Part shown: in pieces, positions 1 through 10,469 of the stretch
How the letters are laid out: every line of letters starts with the position of its first letter
How positions within the stretch are numbered: position 1 is the first letter of the stretch
Source of the DNA: an uncultured Bacillaceae bacterium
GTDB taxonomy: Bacteria > Bacillota > Bacilli > Bacillales > Caldibacillaceae
Direction of reading: 5' to 3'
Length of the DNA: 64,000 nt
NCBI GenBank assembly: GCA_937934645.1
Contig: CALGYZ010000023.1
Coordinates: 27,905 to 91,904 of the forward strand
The notes under the pieces: model-generated
The model's input: the letters and a program-made list of their open reading frames with translations, nothing else
Databases searched by the model: none
What the model was told of the DNA's origin: nothing
Translations under genes and position numbers: made by a program

Positions 1-1409
<1,409 letters not shown>

Positions 1410-1669
1410 TTAAATTTAGTCGGCTGATTTTCCCGGGAACAAATCTGTCGTTAAAATCAATGAAAATGTTAACGAATATTAAAACCAGATGTATACTAAA
1501 ATACTAAAATCCCTAAAAAAAGAATTCAATTAAATTTTATACCGGTTTTAGAATCAGGTAAATGCGCAAAAGCTATTTAGTATTAAATAATGTAAAAAGT
1601 AGTATGTTACATTTTTGAAACAAACTGTTACACAAAATTTAATGTGTTATTATAATAAAATAGCATTTA

Positions 1670-2428
1670 ATGAACAGTAAGGAGTACTTTGCTGATATGT
1701 TTACACATGATATTATCGCATCCTTAAACGAACTGGAAACTTCCATATACAACTACATCATTCAAAATGCCGAAAAAATTCCTTACATGCGGATCCGGGA
1801 ACTGGCTGCTGAAACCCATGTGTCCACTGCAACAATTTTACGTTTTTGCAAAAAAGTGAATTGTGAAGGCTTTTCTGAATTTAAAGTGAAGCTGAAGATG
1901 CATCTTGAAAAGCAAAAAAAGACAGTTTTAAAAAGCGCGAAGCATTCCGTCATCGAGTTTTTTGAAAGGACTTTGAAAGGGAATTTAGATGAAGAAATCA
2001 ATGCGGCGGTGAATTTTATAAACAAAGCGGAAACAATTATTTTTATAGGAATCGGCAGTTCGGGAATTCTCGCGGAATACGGAGCCAGATATTTTTCCAG
2101 TTTCGGTAAATTTACTATGTACATCAAAGATCCGTTTTTTCCGATACATAATGTTGCAAAAAATAGTGCAACAATAGCATTGTCCGTGTCAGGCGAAACT
2201 GATTTAACTATTACACTTCTCAACCGGTTGAAACAAGAAGGAAGTAAAATTGTAAGTATTACCAACAATAAACATTCTACAATCGCAAAAATGTCTGAAG
2301 TCAACATTTCTTATTATGTAACGGAAGAAATACATGATAACACAAATATCACGACTCAAATTCCGGCCATGTTTATTTTAGAGTCCATCGCCCGGGATTT
2401 ATATAATCAAAATACAGAAAAAGAATAA
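1670..2428 (+). CDS. RpiR/MurR-family transcriptional regulator (HTH + SIS domain)
   Basis: 252-aa ORF with HTH-like MRIRELAAETHVSTATILRFCKKVNCEGFSEFK and SIS-like IIFIGIGSSGILAEYGARYF...ALSVSGETD. It is divergent from the GH1 gene. Start is uncertain: ATG 1670 lacks an SD, while ATG 1697 has AAGGAG 12 nt upstream. Confidence 0.8.
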   Translation: MNSKEYFADMFTHDIIASLNELETSIYNYIIQNAEKIPYMRIRELAAETHVSTATILRFCKKVNCEGFSEFKVKLKMHLEKQKKTVLKSAKHSVIEFFERTLKGNLDEEINAAVNFINKAETIIFIGIGSSGILAEYGARYFSSFGKFTMYIKDPFFPIHNVAKNSATIALSVSGETDLTITLLNRLKQEGSKIVSITNNKHSTIAKMSEVNISYYVTEEIHDNTNITTQIPAMFILESIARDLYNQNTEKE

Positions 2429-2493
2429 ACACAAACAAGTCTTTGAGTGGATGATGAACTGATCTTGTGTTTAATAAACCTAATTTCAATACA

Positions 2494-2530
2494 GGTGCAA
2501 AACATATTTTTGTTTTGCCCTTTCTTTATC
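2494..2530 (+). terminator. intrinsic terminator after the RpiR-family gene
   Basis: Stem GCAAAACA (2497-2504) / TGTTTTGC (2511-2518), loop TATTTT, followed by T-rich CCTTTCTTTATC. Confidence 0.6.
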
Positions 2531-2801
2531 AACAAAACCTGAGCCAAGTATGAATATTTACATTTTCTTTTGCAAGTACCGGTTGGAACATAACTCCGCT
2601 GATTAAGCTTAAAACCATATCAATCAAAAAAATCAGCACGTTTTATCGACTTCATCACCTCCGGTTTTCAAGCACTGCCTAAGCTAATGCAAAGTTGGCC
2701 TGAAAATAAGCGGAGGGGGGTAAATAACGGATATCAGTAAGTTTATTTGGTCAATCTTAGTGTGAAACGAGATAAAAAGATGTCTTTTTCCCTAGATTTC
2801 T

Positions 2802-2851
2802 ATTAAAAAACACGTCAAAAAAACCGATTGAAAATCGTTTTTTTGACGTGT
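2802..2851 (-). terminator. intrinsic terminator downstream of tRNA-Arg(CCU)
   Basis: 14-bp stem ACACGTCAAAAAAA / TTTTTTTGACGTGT (2809-2851). On the minus strand it is followed by TTTTTTAAT. Confidence 0.8.
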
Positions 2852-2889
2852 CTTCCGGGAATTTTTTCACATTTGTTTTTACTTCGCTA

Positions 2890-2963
2890 CGTCCCAGGAG
2901 AGATTTGAACTCCCGACCTACAGCTTAGGAGGCTGTTGCTCTATCCAACTGAGCTACTGGGAC
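2890..2963 (-). tRNA. tRNA-Arg (anticodon CCU)
   Basis: Reverse complement GTCCCAGTAGCTCAGTTGGATAGAGCAACAGCCTCCTAAGCTGTAGGTCGGGAGTTCAAATCTCTCCTGGGACG. Acceptor GTCCCAG/CTGGGAC, anticodon stem ACAGC/GCTGT with loop CUCCUAA, TTCAAAT T-loop. 74 nt, CCA not encoded. Confidence 0.9.
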
Positions 2964-3000
2964 ATTAAAAAAAGCGTTATAACCAATTCAGGCAACTAAT

Positions 3001-3029
3001 ATTCTAACATAACAGGATCCTTTGCTCAA
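3001..3029 (-). promoter_or_regulatory. sigma-A-type promoter for tRNA-Arg(CCU)
   Basis: Minus strand TTGAGC-17 nt-TAGAAT with a TGT extended -10, about 30 nt upstream of the mature tRNA 5' end. Confidence 0.6.
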
Positions 3030-3079
3030 TAGTTTATTCCCGCAAACAAAATCCGTTCGTTTTTATGAACGGGAATAAA

Positions 3080-3111
3080 ATAGAAAAAGACTCTTGAAAA
3101 ACAAGAGTCTT
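3080..3111 (-). terminator. intrinsic terminator downstream of tRNA-Arg(UCU)
   Basis: Stem AAGACTCTTG / CAAGAGTCTT with loop AAAAA, followed on the minus strand by TTTTTCTATTTT. A second hairpin CCGTTC/GAACGG + ATTTTGTTT follows at about 3040-3075. Confidence 0.75.
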
Positions 3112-3114
3112 AAG

Positions 3115-3188
<74 letters not shown>

Positions 3189-3219
3189 ATACAAGGTGTG
3201 TTCAATTAAGACATTAATT

Positions 3220-3248
3220 ATTATACACCTCATTTTATAAAATGTCAA
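3220..3248 (-). promoter_or_regulatory. consensus sigma-A promoter for tRNA-Arg(UCU)
   Basis: Minus strand TTGACA (3248-3243) - 17 nt - TATAAT (3225-3220), both hexamers perfect consensus, about 30 nt upstream of the tRNA. Confidence 0.7.
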
Positions 3249-3343
3249 CAGAATTCATCAGAAAAGTGGTGACAACTTTTCTGATGAATAGCATCCTTGC
3301 TATATTAATTAAATCACATATTTTTATTTTTTTCAATAGTTTT

Positions 3344-3853
3344 TTATGAAAAATTTTCCTCGATTTTTTCGGAAAACATAAGCCCGGTACCATATTGATA
3401 CACATTCACAACATAATGATGATCCTTTATGGTCAATATGATATAAGTCTTCTCCTTTCTTGAGCGCGGAAAAACGAGGCTGCCCGGATTAATAAACAGG
3501 ATTCCACCTAACTTTTCAAATCCCAAAATATGGGAATGACCGAAACAAACAATAGCGGCATTCAATTCTTCGGCCTTATATTTCAATTTCATCAGGTTGT
3601 ATTTCACATTGTATAAATGTCCGTGGGTAACAAAAATCCGTTTGTCTCCTGCTTCAATTATTTTTTCATCCGGAAAGTCATCTCCGTAATCACAATTTCC
3701 CCTGACCACGTGATAGCCTTCTACTGCAGGATGGTCTTTATCCAGTTCCGAATCTCCGCAATGGATATAATAGTCCAGGCCCGGATGCTGTTTGCGCAGT
3801 TTGATAAGTGGATCTGTCTGCCCGTGAGTGTCACTTACAATTAAAACATCCAT
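3344..3853 (-). CDS. ysnB: YfcE/YsnB-family metallophosphoesterase
   Basis: 169 aa. Calcineurin-like motifs MDVLIVSDTHG, HCGDS, GNCD, THGH, GHSH. The ATG overlaps the rdgB stop (TAATG). Synteny matches B. subtilis rdgB-ysnB. Confidence 0.85.
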   Translation of the reverse strand: MDVLIVSDTHGQTDPLIKLRKQHPGLDYYIHCGDSELDKDHPAVEGYHVVRGNCDYGDDFPDEKIIEAGDKRIFVTHGHLYNVKYNLMKLKYKAEELNAAIVCFGHSHILGFEKLGGILFINPGSLVFPRSRKEKTYIILTIKDHHYVVNVYQYGTGLMFSEKIEENFS

Positions 3854-4464
3854 TAAATAATCTCCCCTTTAGCAAATTCATTTTTCAGCCATTGATAAAG
3901 TTTATTTATTGCCTGTCTCCGGTGACTGATTTTGTTTTTTTGCTCCGGAGTTAGTTCCGCCATTGTCTTTCCAAGGGAAGGAACGTAAAAAACAGGGTCA
4001 TAGCCGAAACCGTTATTCCCCCGTTTTTCCCTTAATATCTTTCCCTCACATGTTCCCTCGAAAACAACCGGCTGACGTCCCGGTATGACGAGTGCCAGAG
4101 AGCAATGAAAACGGGCGGTACGTTTTTCATCCGGAACATCTTTTAATTCGGATAACACTTTTTGAATGTTCGCTTCATCATCTTTTTGCGGACCTGCATA
4201 TCTTGCGGAAAAAATGCCGGGTTTTCCGCCTAAAGCATCAACGATCAGCCCTGAATCATCGGCAGCAACGATCCGGTTAAAATGTCCGGCAATTCCTTTT
4301 GCTTTCAACACGGCATTTTCTGAGAACGTTGTGCCCGTTTCCTCAATATCCGGCACATCAGGAAAGTCCAGTAAAGTTTTCACCTCAAATCCGAGCGGTT
4401 GAAATATTTCCTGAAATTCCTTTGCCTTACCTTTATTTTTTGTGGCGACAATAAGTTCAATCAT
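3853..4464 (-). CDS. rdgB: dITP/XTP pyrophosphatase (non-canonical purine NTP house-cleaning enzyme)
   Basis: Ham1-like sequence MIELIVATKNKGKAKEF...ETGTTFSENA...FGYDPVF. Start moved to ATG 4464 (203 aa), because the gerM terminator and a promoter lie inside the 241-aa ORF-track extension. Confidence 0.9.
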   Translation of the reverse strand: MIELIVATKNKGKAKEFQEIFQPLGFEVKTLLDFPDVPDIEETGTTFSENAVLKAKGIAGHFNRIVAADDSGLIVDALGGKPGIFSARYAGPQKDDEANIQKVLSELKDVPDEKRTARFHCSLALVIPGRQPVVFEGTCEGKILREKRGNNGFGYDPVFYVPSLGKTMAELTPEQKNKISHRRQAINKLYQWLKNEFAKGEII

Positions 4465-4504
4465 TGCTCCTACCTCATTTTCGTTTTGGTTTATTTTCCG
4501 ATTC

Positions 4505-4518
4505 AGATTATAGCAAAA
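4505..4518 (-). promoter_or_regulatory. extended -10 promoter element for rdgB-ysnB
   Basis: Minus strand TTTTGCTATAATCT (TGnTATAAT extended -10), 35-50 nt upstream of the rdgB ATG and just downstream of the gerM terminator. The -35 is weak. Confidence 0.4.
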
Positions 4519-4523
4519 TTTTG

Positions 4524-4558
4524 GAAAAAATAAAAAAGAGGCGGCTTTACGCCTCTTT
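4524..4558 (-). terminator. intrinsic terminator after gerM
   Basis: Stem AGAGGCG/CGCCTCT (4537-4556), followed on the minus strand by TTTTTTATTTTTT. Confidence 0.8.
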
Positions 4559-4585
4559 AACGGCAGAATGATTCCCAAGCCCGGT

Positions 4586-5629
4586 TCACAGGCTTCCTGT
4601 ATTTACTTTAGCCGGGCGCATAACCGGTTCATCAAGCGGGTTTCCATCCTGATTTAACACATCCTGTTTACCGTTGACATGAATTGAAACCCCTTTAATA
4701 TCTTCCAGCTCGGTCAACGATAATACAAGGGTATCCAATACTTCCCGGGAAATTAGTTTTTGTTCATAACTTCCATAAATATTCTCATTAAAATTCAAAG
4801 TAACAATGCCGTCTTTTACTTCGGGCTTGTCAAGCAATTTTACATCATCCATAAACAATGTATATAAAGGTGTTGTTACATTTGGTCCTTTGATTAACTC
4901 TTCAACCGCCGCCGTAATTTTATCCTTTTTTTCTTTGCTTACCCGCTTTGTCACAGGCACGTAATATGTTTCGCCATCGGTTTGGCCTACATAATACACA
5001 GTCACCGGATACGTATTTAAAATATCTACGGCATCATCCGTATCAATATTTATTCCGTCTTCTCTCGTTAACTCCCCGTTAATTGGCGTACCGTTTACAG
5101 GCATTTCTTTCAACTCATTGCCATTAAGCATTAATTTCACTCGGTCAATTGTGTCAAATTGGGTTAATGTCCACGTCACGGATTGTAATACTCTTATTTC
5201 ATCTTCCGGTGCATAATCCCCGAATTCTTTTGAAAAATCAACGATGGCAGTGCCGTCTTTAATATCAACGGTCATTTCAGTTCCCGGCGGCAAGACAGCC
5301 CGGAAATCATCCGGCAACAATTCGGTTACCGGCCCGTCCACAACCAGATATTCAAGGGCTTGTTTAGCCGCACTTTCCGTATTCGGCAATTCTACGTTTT
5401 TCGGAACGACATAACCGTTTTTATCAATCAGATACAGTTCCGTATGAATAATTTCCGGACTTTGACCATCCTTTCCGCCGGCGTTTTCCTTCGTTACGTC
5501 AATATCATCTTCATATGAAACCTTTTGCGGCGGATCAATATTTTCTTTACCGTCATTATTAAAAAGCGAGCATGCCGACAATAACACCGCTGCAAACACG
5601 AGACAAAAAACAGCTTTGAAACGTTTCAT
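4586..5629 (-). CDS. gerM: germination lipoprotein GerM
   Basis: Start re-set to ATG 5629 (SD GGGGG 5 nt upstream), giving MKRFKAVFCLVFAAVLLSAC with a lipobox LLSAC. Two GerMN-like repeats. Position between racE and rdgB as in B. subtilis. Confidence 0.85.
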   Translation of the reverse strand: MKRFKAVFCLVFAAVLLSACSLFNNDGKENIDPPQKVSYEDDIDVTKENAGGKDGQSPEIIHTELYLIDKNGYVVPKNVELPNTESAAKQALEYLVVDGPVTELLPDDFRAVLPPGTEMTVDIKDGTAIVDFSKEFGDYAPEDEIRVLQSVTWTLTQFDTIDRVKLMLNGNELKEMPVNGTPINGELTREDGINIDTDDAVDILNTYPVTVYYVGQTDGETYYVPVTKRVSKEKKDKITAAVEELIKGPNVTTPLYTLFMDDVKLLDKPEVKDGIVTLNFNENIYGSYEQKLISREVLDTLVLSLTELEDIKGVSIHVNGKQDVLNQDGNPLDEPVMRPAKVNTGSL

Positions 5630-5725
5630 CCAATCCCCCCATGACTGTTTGTACTTATGTATACGAGCCTTTTTAGAAAAATAGACCGTCACGGGGAAAA
5701 AACCGGACAAAATGATCATCCGCTA

Positions 5726-6520
5726 CTAGGGAAGCCGTACGGATTCCACTTCTACATGGTCCATTCCCAGCCATTGCTGGGCCATTTTTTTAAAAATCGA
5801 TTTTGAACCGGTTGTGAAAAACCGATAATTCGGCTCATAGCCATTTCCATTCAACATATGCAAATGATCTAAAATCGCACTTGCTTCCCTGGCCGTTTCT
5901 TCACCGGAGCTGATCACTTTCGTTTTTTTTCCGAAATAGGATTCGATAACCGGTTGCAGTAACGGATAATGGGTACACCCTAGGATTAATGTGTCAATAT
6001 TTTTATCTTTTAACGGAGCCAGGGATTCAGCGACGATTTTTTCTGCGAACGGTCCTTCCCATTCCCCGCTTTCAACAAGGGGGACAAGCTTCGGACAGGC
6101 AAGTCCGTATATTTCTGCCCGTCTGTGTATTTTTTTCAAAGCTGTTTCATACGCTTTACTTTGAATGGTCATTTGCGTACCGATTACGCCGATTTTATAA
6201 GTTTTGGACACTTTGATCGCCGCCCGGGCACCCGGATTTACGACGCCTATTACCGGGATGGACAAGCTTTCCCGTATTTCATTCAGTGCAACGGCTGTTG
6301 CCGTATTACATGCAATAATTAACATTTTAATGTGGAATTTTTCCAGAAACCGGGTCATTTCCCATGTATACTGTCTGATTTCTTCTTCAGAGCGCGGTCC
6401 ATACGGACACCGGGCTGTATCACCCAAATATATAATCGATTCATTCGGTAATTGCCGTATCACTTCTTTTACAACGGTTAACCCGCCTAAACCTGAGTCA
6501 ATTATTCCTATCGGATTCAT
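5726..6520 (-). CDS. racE: glutamate racemase
   Basis: 264 aa. Catalytic-cysteine motifs IIACNTA and LGCTHYP. N-terminal [13 protein letters not shown]. Confidence 0.93.
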   Translation of the reverse strand: MNPIGIIDSGLGGLTVVKEVIRQLPNESIIYLGDTARCPYGPRSEEEIRQYTWEMTRFLEKFHIKMLIIACNTATAVALNEIRESLSIPVIGVVNPGARAAIKVSKTYKIGVIGTQMTIQSKAYETALKKIHRRAEIYGLACPKLVPLVESGEWEGPFAEKIVAESLAPLKDKNIDTLILGCTHYPLLQPVIESYFGKKTKVISSGEETAREASAILDHLHMLNGNGYEPNYRFFTTGSKSIFKKMAQQWLGMDHVEVESVRLP

Positions 6521-6886
6521 TGCTGAAACTGTCTCAACCTTTCGTTTTTAGGTATTTTTAACATTCCCTGAAAGATCCAGAATTGCTTTTTCTGAATTCT
6601 TATGGATACGATTTCCAGCCGGCAACTGATTTTAAACTTATAATCAATTATTTTTCATGCCGGCTTGTTGCATCCATATGCTCGATCGCCTAATATCCCC
6701 GTCCGGTGAAAAGCAGGACAGCAGAAAATCATAATAAAGAAGCAACCTTATTCATTTTCCAATGTTTCTAAAAAAATTTCAAGTTTTCTTTCGAAGATAA
6801 TACTTTTATAATATAGTATTTTATTTGCCATAACAAAATCACCATCTGTTATTTGCCCATTTCTTTTTTATAATTGAAAAACAGTC

Positions 6887-6914
6887 ACTCCGGGCGAACC
6901 ATTCACATATGATA
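6887..6914 (+). promoter_or_regulatory. candidate sigma-K-type promoter of gerE
   Basis: CATATGATA (6906-6914) matches the recalled sigma-K -10 CATAnnnTA. An AC dinucleotide lies 17 nt upstream (6887-6888). The site is about 55 nt upstream of gerE. Confidence 0.4.
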
Positions 6915-6968
6915 TGATGACGATGCATACCCACCCTGTGTTTCTAGCTGTGAAGGCAAGGAGGGTTC

Positions 6969-7199
6969 ATGTATTTGAAGGAGAATGATTTCAAACATAA
7001 GCCGTTACTAACCAAGCGGGAAAGAGAAGTATTTGAGTTGTTGGTTCAAGATAAGACAACCAAAGAAATTGCCCAAGAGTTATTCATTAGTGAAAAAACT
7101 GTCCGAAACCATATATCAAATGCCATGCAGAAGCTTGGCGTAAAGGGGCGTTCTCAGGCTGTTGTAGAACTTCTCCGCATGGGGGAGTTAAAGCTCTAA
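6969..7199 (+). CDS. gerE: LuxR-family sporulation regulator GerE
   Basis: ...[66 protein letters not shown] is near-identical to my recollection of B. subtilis GerE. TTG at 6975 (SD GGAGGG 9 nt upstream) would give the canonical 74 aa. Confidence 0.93.
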   Translation: MYLKENDFKHKPLLTKREREVFELLVQDKTTKEIAQELFISEKTVRNHISNAMQKLGVKGRSQAVVELLRMGELKL

Positions 7200-7204
7200 A
7201 AAAT

Positions 7205-7238
7205 ACCGGCTCTCCTTATGGAAGCCGGTTTTCATTTT
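7205..7238 (+). terminator. intrinsic terminator after gerE
   Basis: Stem ACCGGCT (7205-7211) / AGCCGGT (7223-7229), followed by TTTTCATTTT. Confidence 0.75.
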
Positions 7239-7257
7239 GATAATATAAAACATCTTT

Positions 7258-7725
7258 TTATTTATTGTTTCTCGGTAAATACTTTTCCAGTTTTTCTATC
7301 TCTTCTTTTGACCATTTTTCACTTTTTCCATTATTCCTGTTAAACTTAACCAGTACTCCCCTTCCGGTAAAGCAAGGCTCCCGACCGTCTTTTTTGCCCA
7401 AGTAATGCAAATCCACCGAAGAATTCCCGATTTTGGCCACTTTCACATATAGATCAATTTTTTCATCAAAAAATACTTGCTGTAAATAATCACATTGCAA
7501 ATCACTAACCACGAAAATAATTTCTCCCGGTTTCCCGGAGAGGTTGTGGAACAATCCAATATGCTTTAAAAATTCAATTCTTGCCTGTTCAAAATATATA
7601 AAGGGTACTGTATTATTCAGATGTCCGTACATATCAACTTCATTGAACCTGACCTTCACCGTAATGAAAAACTCAAATTCCTTTTCCCATGTTTGGAAAT
7701 CTTCTATATAATGGATATTTTTCAT
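7258..7725 (-). CDS. ysmA: hotdog-fold acyl-CoA thioesterase (YbgC/4HBT-like)
   Basis: 155 aa with VRFNEVDMYGHLNN, typical of 4HBT thioesterases. SD GGGGTGGGAA. Sits between gerE and sdhB as ysmA does in B. subtilis. Confidence 0.7.
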   Translation of the reverse strand: MKNIHYIEDFQTWEKEFEFFITVKVRFNEVDMYGHLNNTVPFIYFEQARIEFLKHIGLFHNLSGKPGEIIFVVSDLQCDYLQQVFFDEKIDLYVKVAKIGNSSVDLHYLGKKDGREPCFTGRGVLVKFNRNNGKSEKWSKEEIEKLEKYLPRNNK

Positions 7726-7755
7726 TTCCCACCCCTGCTAAAAAATGAATTCCGA

Positions 7756-7798
7756 TGAAAAAAAGGTTGACTAACATATAAAGATGCCAGTCAACCTT
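7756..7798 (-). terminator. intrinsic terminator after sdhB
   Basis: 10-bp stem AAGGTTGACT/AGTCAACCTT (7763-7798), followed on the minus strand by TTTTTTTCAT. Confidence 0.8.
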
Positions 7799-7814
7799 AT
7801 TTGTAAGCTGGATA

Positions 7815-8582
7815 TTAATATGAATAATCACTGCCGAAGAAGTTTTTGAACATTTGCACTGTAGCTTCCCGGTTTAGAGCTGCAATGGATGTTGTTAACG
7901 GAATTCCTTTCGGGCAAACTTCTACACAGTTCTGTGAGTTACCGCAGTTGGCCAGTCCGCCGTCCCCCATGATTGTGGCCATCCGTTCTTTTTTGTGCAT
8001 AGCACCTGTCGGATGGGAGTTGAACAAACGGACTTGTGATAACGGTGCCGGGCCGATAAAGCTTGATTTATCGTTAACGTTCGGGCATGCTTCCATACAA
8101 ACACCGCAAGTCATGCACTTCGATAATTCATAAGCCCACTGCCGTTTGCTTTCGGGCATTCTCGGTCCCGGTCCCAAGTCATAGGTTCCGTCAATCGGAA
8201 TCCAGGCTTTAACTTTCTTCAATGCATCGAACATGCGGCTCCGGTCAATGAGTAAGTCACGGATGACCGGGAATGTCCGCATCGGCTCAAGCCGGATCGG
8301 TTCCTCGAGCTGGTCAATCATTGCCGAACACGCTTGTCTCGGTTTTCCGTTAATCACCATAGAACAGGCACCGCAGACTTCTTCCAGACAGTTCATCTCC
8401 CATTGAACCGGAGAAGTCTTTTTGCCATCTTTCGTAACAGGATTCCGCTGGATTTCCATTAACGCCGAAATGACGTTCATATTCGGACGGTATGGAATTT
8501 CAAAAGTCTCGTCATAAGGGGCAGAATCCGGATTATCCTGTCTCTGTACGATGATTGTTACCGTTTTTTGTCCCTCTGCCAT
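7815..8582 (-). CDS. sdhB: succinate dehydrogenase iron-sulfur subunit
   Basis: 255 aa with three Cys clusters (CLEEVCGACSMVINGKPRQAC; CMTCGVCMEACP; CGNSQNCVEVCP). Confidence 0.95.
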   Translation of the reverse strand: MAEGQKTVTIIVQRQDNPDSAPYDETFEIPYRPNMNVISALMEIQRNPVTKDGKKTSPVQWEMNCLEEVCGACSMVINGKPRQACSAMIDQLEEPIRLEPMRTFPVIRDLLIDRSRMFDALKKVKAWIPIDGTYDLGPGPRMPESKRQWAYELSKCMTCGVCMEACPNVNDKSSFIGPAPLSQVRLFNSHPTGAMHKKERMATIMGDGGLANCGNSQNCVEVCPKGIPLTTSIAALNREATVQMFKNFFGSDYSY

Positions 8583-8604
8583 GAAACTTGCCTCCCCTTT
8601 TTAA

Positions 8605-10359
8605 TTACTTGCTTTTCTGCGTGTAGTCACGTTTTCTCGGTTTGATCAAGGATACGTCAACATCTTCATAATGGAAATGCGGTGCTTCATCCGGACCTAC
8701 GAACTTGGCCATTGTTGTCTTCAGCCATTCTTCGTCATTCCGCTCAGGGAACTCAGGCTTGTAGTGTGCACCTCTTGATTCATCGCGATGATAAGCACCC
8801 AGTGTGATTACACGTGCAAGTTGCAACATATTGTACAATTGTCTTGTAAATGTTGCACCCTGGTTGCTCCATTTTGCCGTATCGTTAATGTTGATGTTTT
8901 TCCAGCGTTCGAGCAACTCCTGAAGCTTTTCATCCGTTTTTAACAGACGGTCATTGTAACGGACAACTGTTACGTTGTCTGTCATCCATTCTCCTAATTC
9001 TTTATGGATGAGGTACGCATTCTCTGTACCGTCCATCTTCAGAATTTCTTCCCATTTTTCCTCTTCGTGTTTCTGGTAGCTGTCAAACAGGCTGGACGGC
9101 ATTGCATCCGAGCTCTTCTCCAGTCCCTCAATGTATTTCACTGCATTCGGACCGGCCACCATTCCTCCGTAGATAGCTGACAACAAGGAGTTTGCGCCTA
9201 AACGGTTTGCACCGTGTTGTGAATAGTCACACTCACCGGCTGCAAATACTCCCTTAATATTTGTCATTTGGTCATAGTCAACCCATAGTCCGCCCATAGT
9301 ATAGTGTACTGCCGGGAAGATTTTCATCGGTACTTTACGCGGATCTTCGCCGGTAAATTTCTCATAAATTTCAATGATTCCGCCCAGTTTTACATCCAAT
9401 TCATGCGGATCTTTATGGGACAGATCCAGGTACACCATGTTTTCCCCGTTGATTCCCAGTTTCAGGTCAACGCAAACATGGAAAATTTCCCGTGTTGCAA
9501 TATCCCGCGGTACCAGGTTTCCGTACAGCGGATATTTTTCCTCAAGGAAGTACCATGGTTTACCGTCCTTATACGTCCAAACCCGTCCTCCTTCACCTCG
9601 GGCAGATTCACTCATCAGACGGAGCTTGTCATCACCAGGGATTGCTGTCGGGTGAATTTGGATAAACTCACCGTTAGCATAATATGCACCTTGCTGGTAA
9701 AGAATTGACTGTGCTGATCCCGTGTTGATGACGGAGTTGGTGGATTTTCCGAAAATCATTCCGATTCCGCCTGTTGCCATAATTACGGCATCGGCAGGGA
9801 ATGCTTTAATTTCCATAGATCTCAGATCTTGGGCAACAATTCCGCGTGCAACTTGTTCGTCATCAAGAATTACACCCAGAAACTCCCAATATTCATATTT
9901 TGTCACCAGGCCGGCAGCTTCATGTCTGCGTACCTGTTCATCCAGGGCATAGAGCAATTGCTGTCCTGTTGTCGCCCCTGCATAAGCAGTGCGGTGGTAC
10001 AATGTTCCTCCGAAGCGTCTGAAGTCAAGCAATCCTTCAGGTGTACGGTTAAACATTACACCCATTCGGTCAAATAAGTGAATGATTCCCGGTGCAGCCT
10101 CACACATTGCTTTTACCGGCGGCTGGTTAGCAAGGAAGTCCCCGCCGTAAATCGTATCGTCAAAGTGTTGCCATGGTGAGTCGCCTTCACCTTTCGTGTT
10201 TACGGCACCGTTAATTCCGCCTTGCGCACATACAGAGTGAGAACGTTTGACCGGTACTAACGAAAACAGTTCTACCGGAACTCCTGCTTCAGCTATTTTA
10301 ACTGTTGCCATTAATCCGGCGAGACCGCCTCCGACAACAATGATTTTTCCTTTTGACAT
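8605..10359 (-). CDS. sdhA: succinate dehydrogenase flavoprotein subunit
   Basis: FAD motif IIVVGGGLAGL, plus SHSVCAQGGINGA and RLGANSLL. Start re-set to ATG 10359 (SD GGGAGTGA 8 nt upstream); the ORF-track GTG lies inside the SD. Confidence 0.95.
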   Translation of the reverse strand: MSKGKIIVVGGGLAGLMATVKIAEAGVPVELFSLVPVKRSHSVCAQGGINGAVNTKGEGDSPWQHFDDTIYGGDFLANQPPVKAMCEAAPGIIHLFDRMGVMFNRTPEGLLDFRRFGGTLYHRTAYAGATTGQQLLYALDEQVRRHEAAGLVTKYEYWEFLGVILDDEQVARGIVAQDLRSMEIKAFPADAVIMATGGIGMIFGKSTNSVINTGSAQSILYQQGAYYANGEFIQIHPTAIPGDDKLRLMSESARGEGGRVWTYKDGKPWYFLEEKYPLYGNLVPRDIATREIFHVCVDLKLGINGENMVYLDLSHKDPHELDVKLGGIIEIYEKFTGEDPRKVPMKIFPAVHYTMGGLWVDYDQMTNIKGVFAAGECDYSQHGANRLGANSLLSAIYGGMVAGPNAVKYIEGLEKSSDAMPSSLFDSYQKHEEEKWEEILKMDGTENAYLIHKELGEWMTDNVTVVRYNDRLLKTDEKLQELLERWKNININDTAKWSNQGATFTRQLYNMLQLARVITLGAYHRDESRGAHYKPEFPERNDEEWLKTTMAKFVGPDEAPHFHYEDVDVSLIKPRKRDYTQKSK

Positions 10360-10469
10360 GCCAGAGCTCACTCCCTCAATTTTTCCTGTCGATCGTTAGT
10401 AGTTACGTACATAAACTTTTTTCCGTAGAAAGCAAGAATTAATTATTTTTGAAAACTATTTTTCTATCA

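Noticed and set aside
1455-1475. cre-like sequence TGTTAACGAATATT near the bgl promoter
   Set aside because: It matches only the left half and central CG of the CcpA cre consensus. The right-arm CA is TT.
1783-2307. 174-aa ORF antisense to the RpiR gene, with similar long antisense ORFs at 31666-32244, 50092-50631, 62424-62969, 9304-9708 and 40657-41019
   Set aside because: Each lies fully inside a well-supported gene on the opposite strand. They have low-complexity or Ser/Phe/Ile-rich composition and no SD. These are typical shadow ORFs of moderately AT-rich coding DNA.
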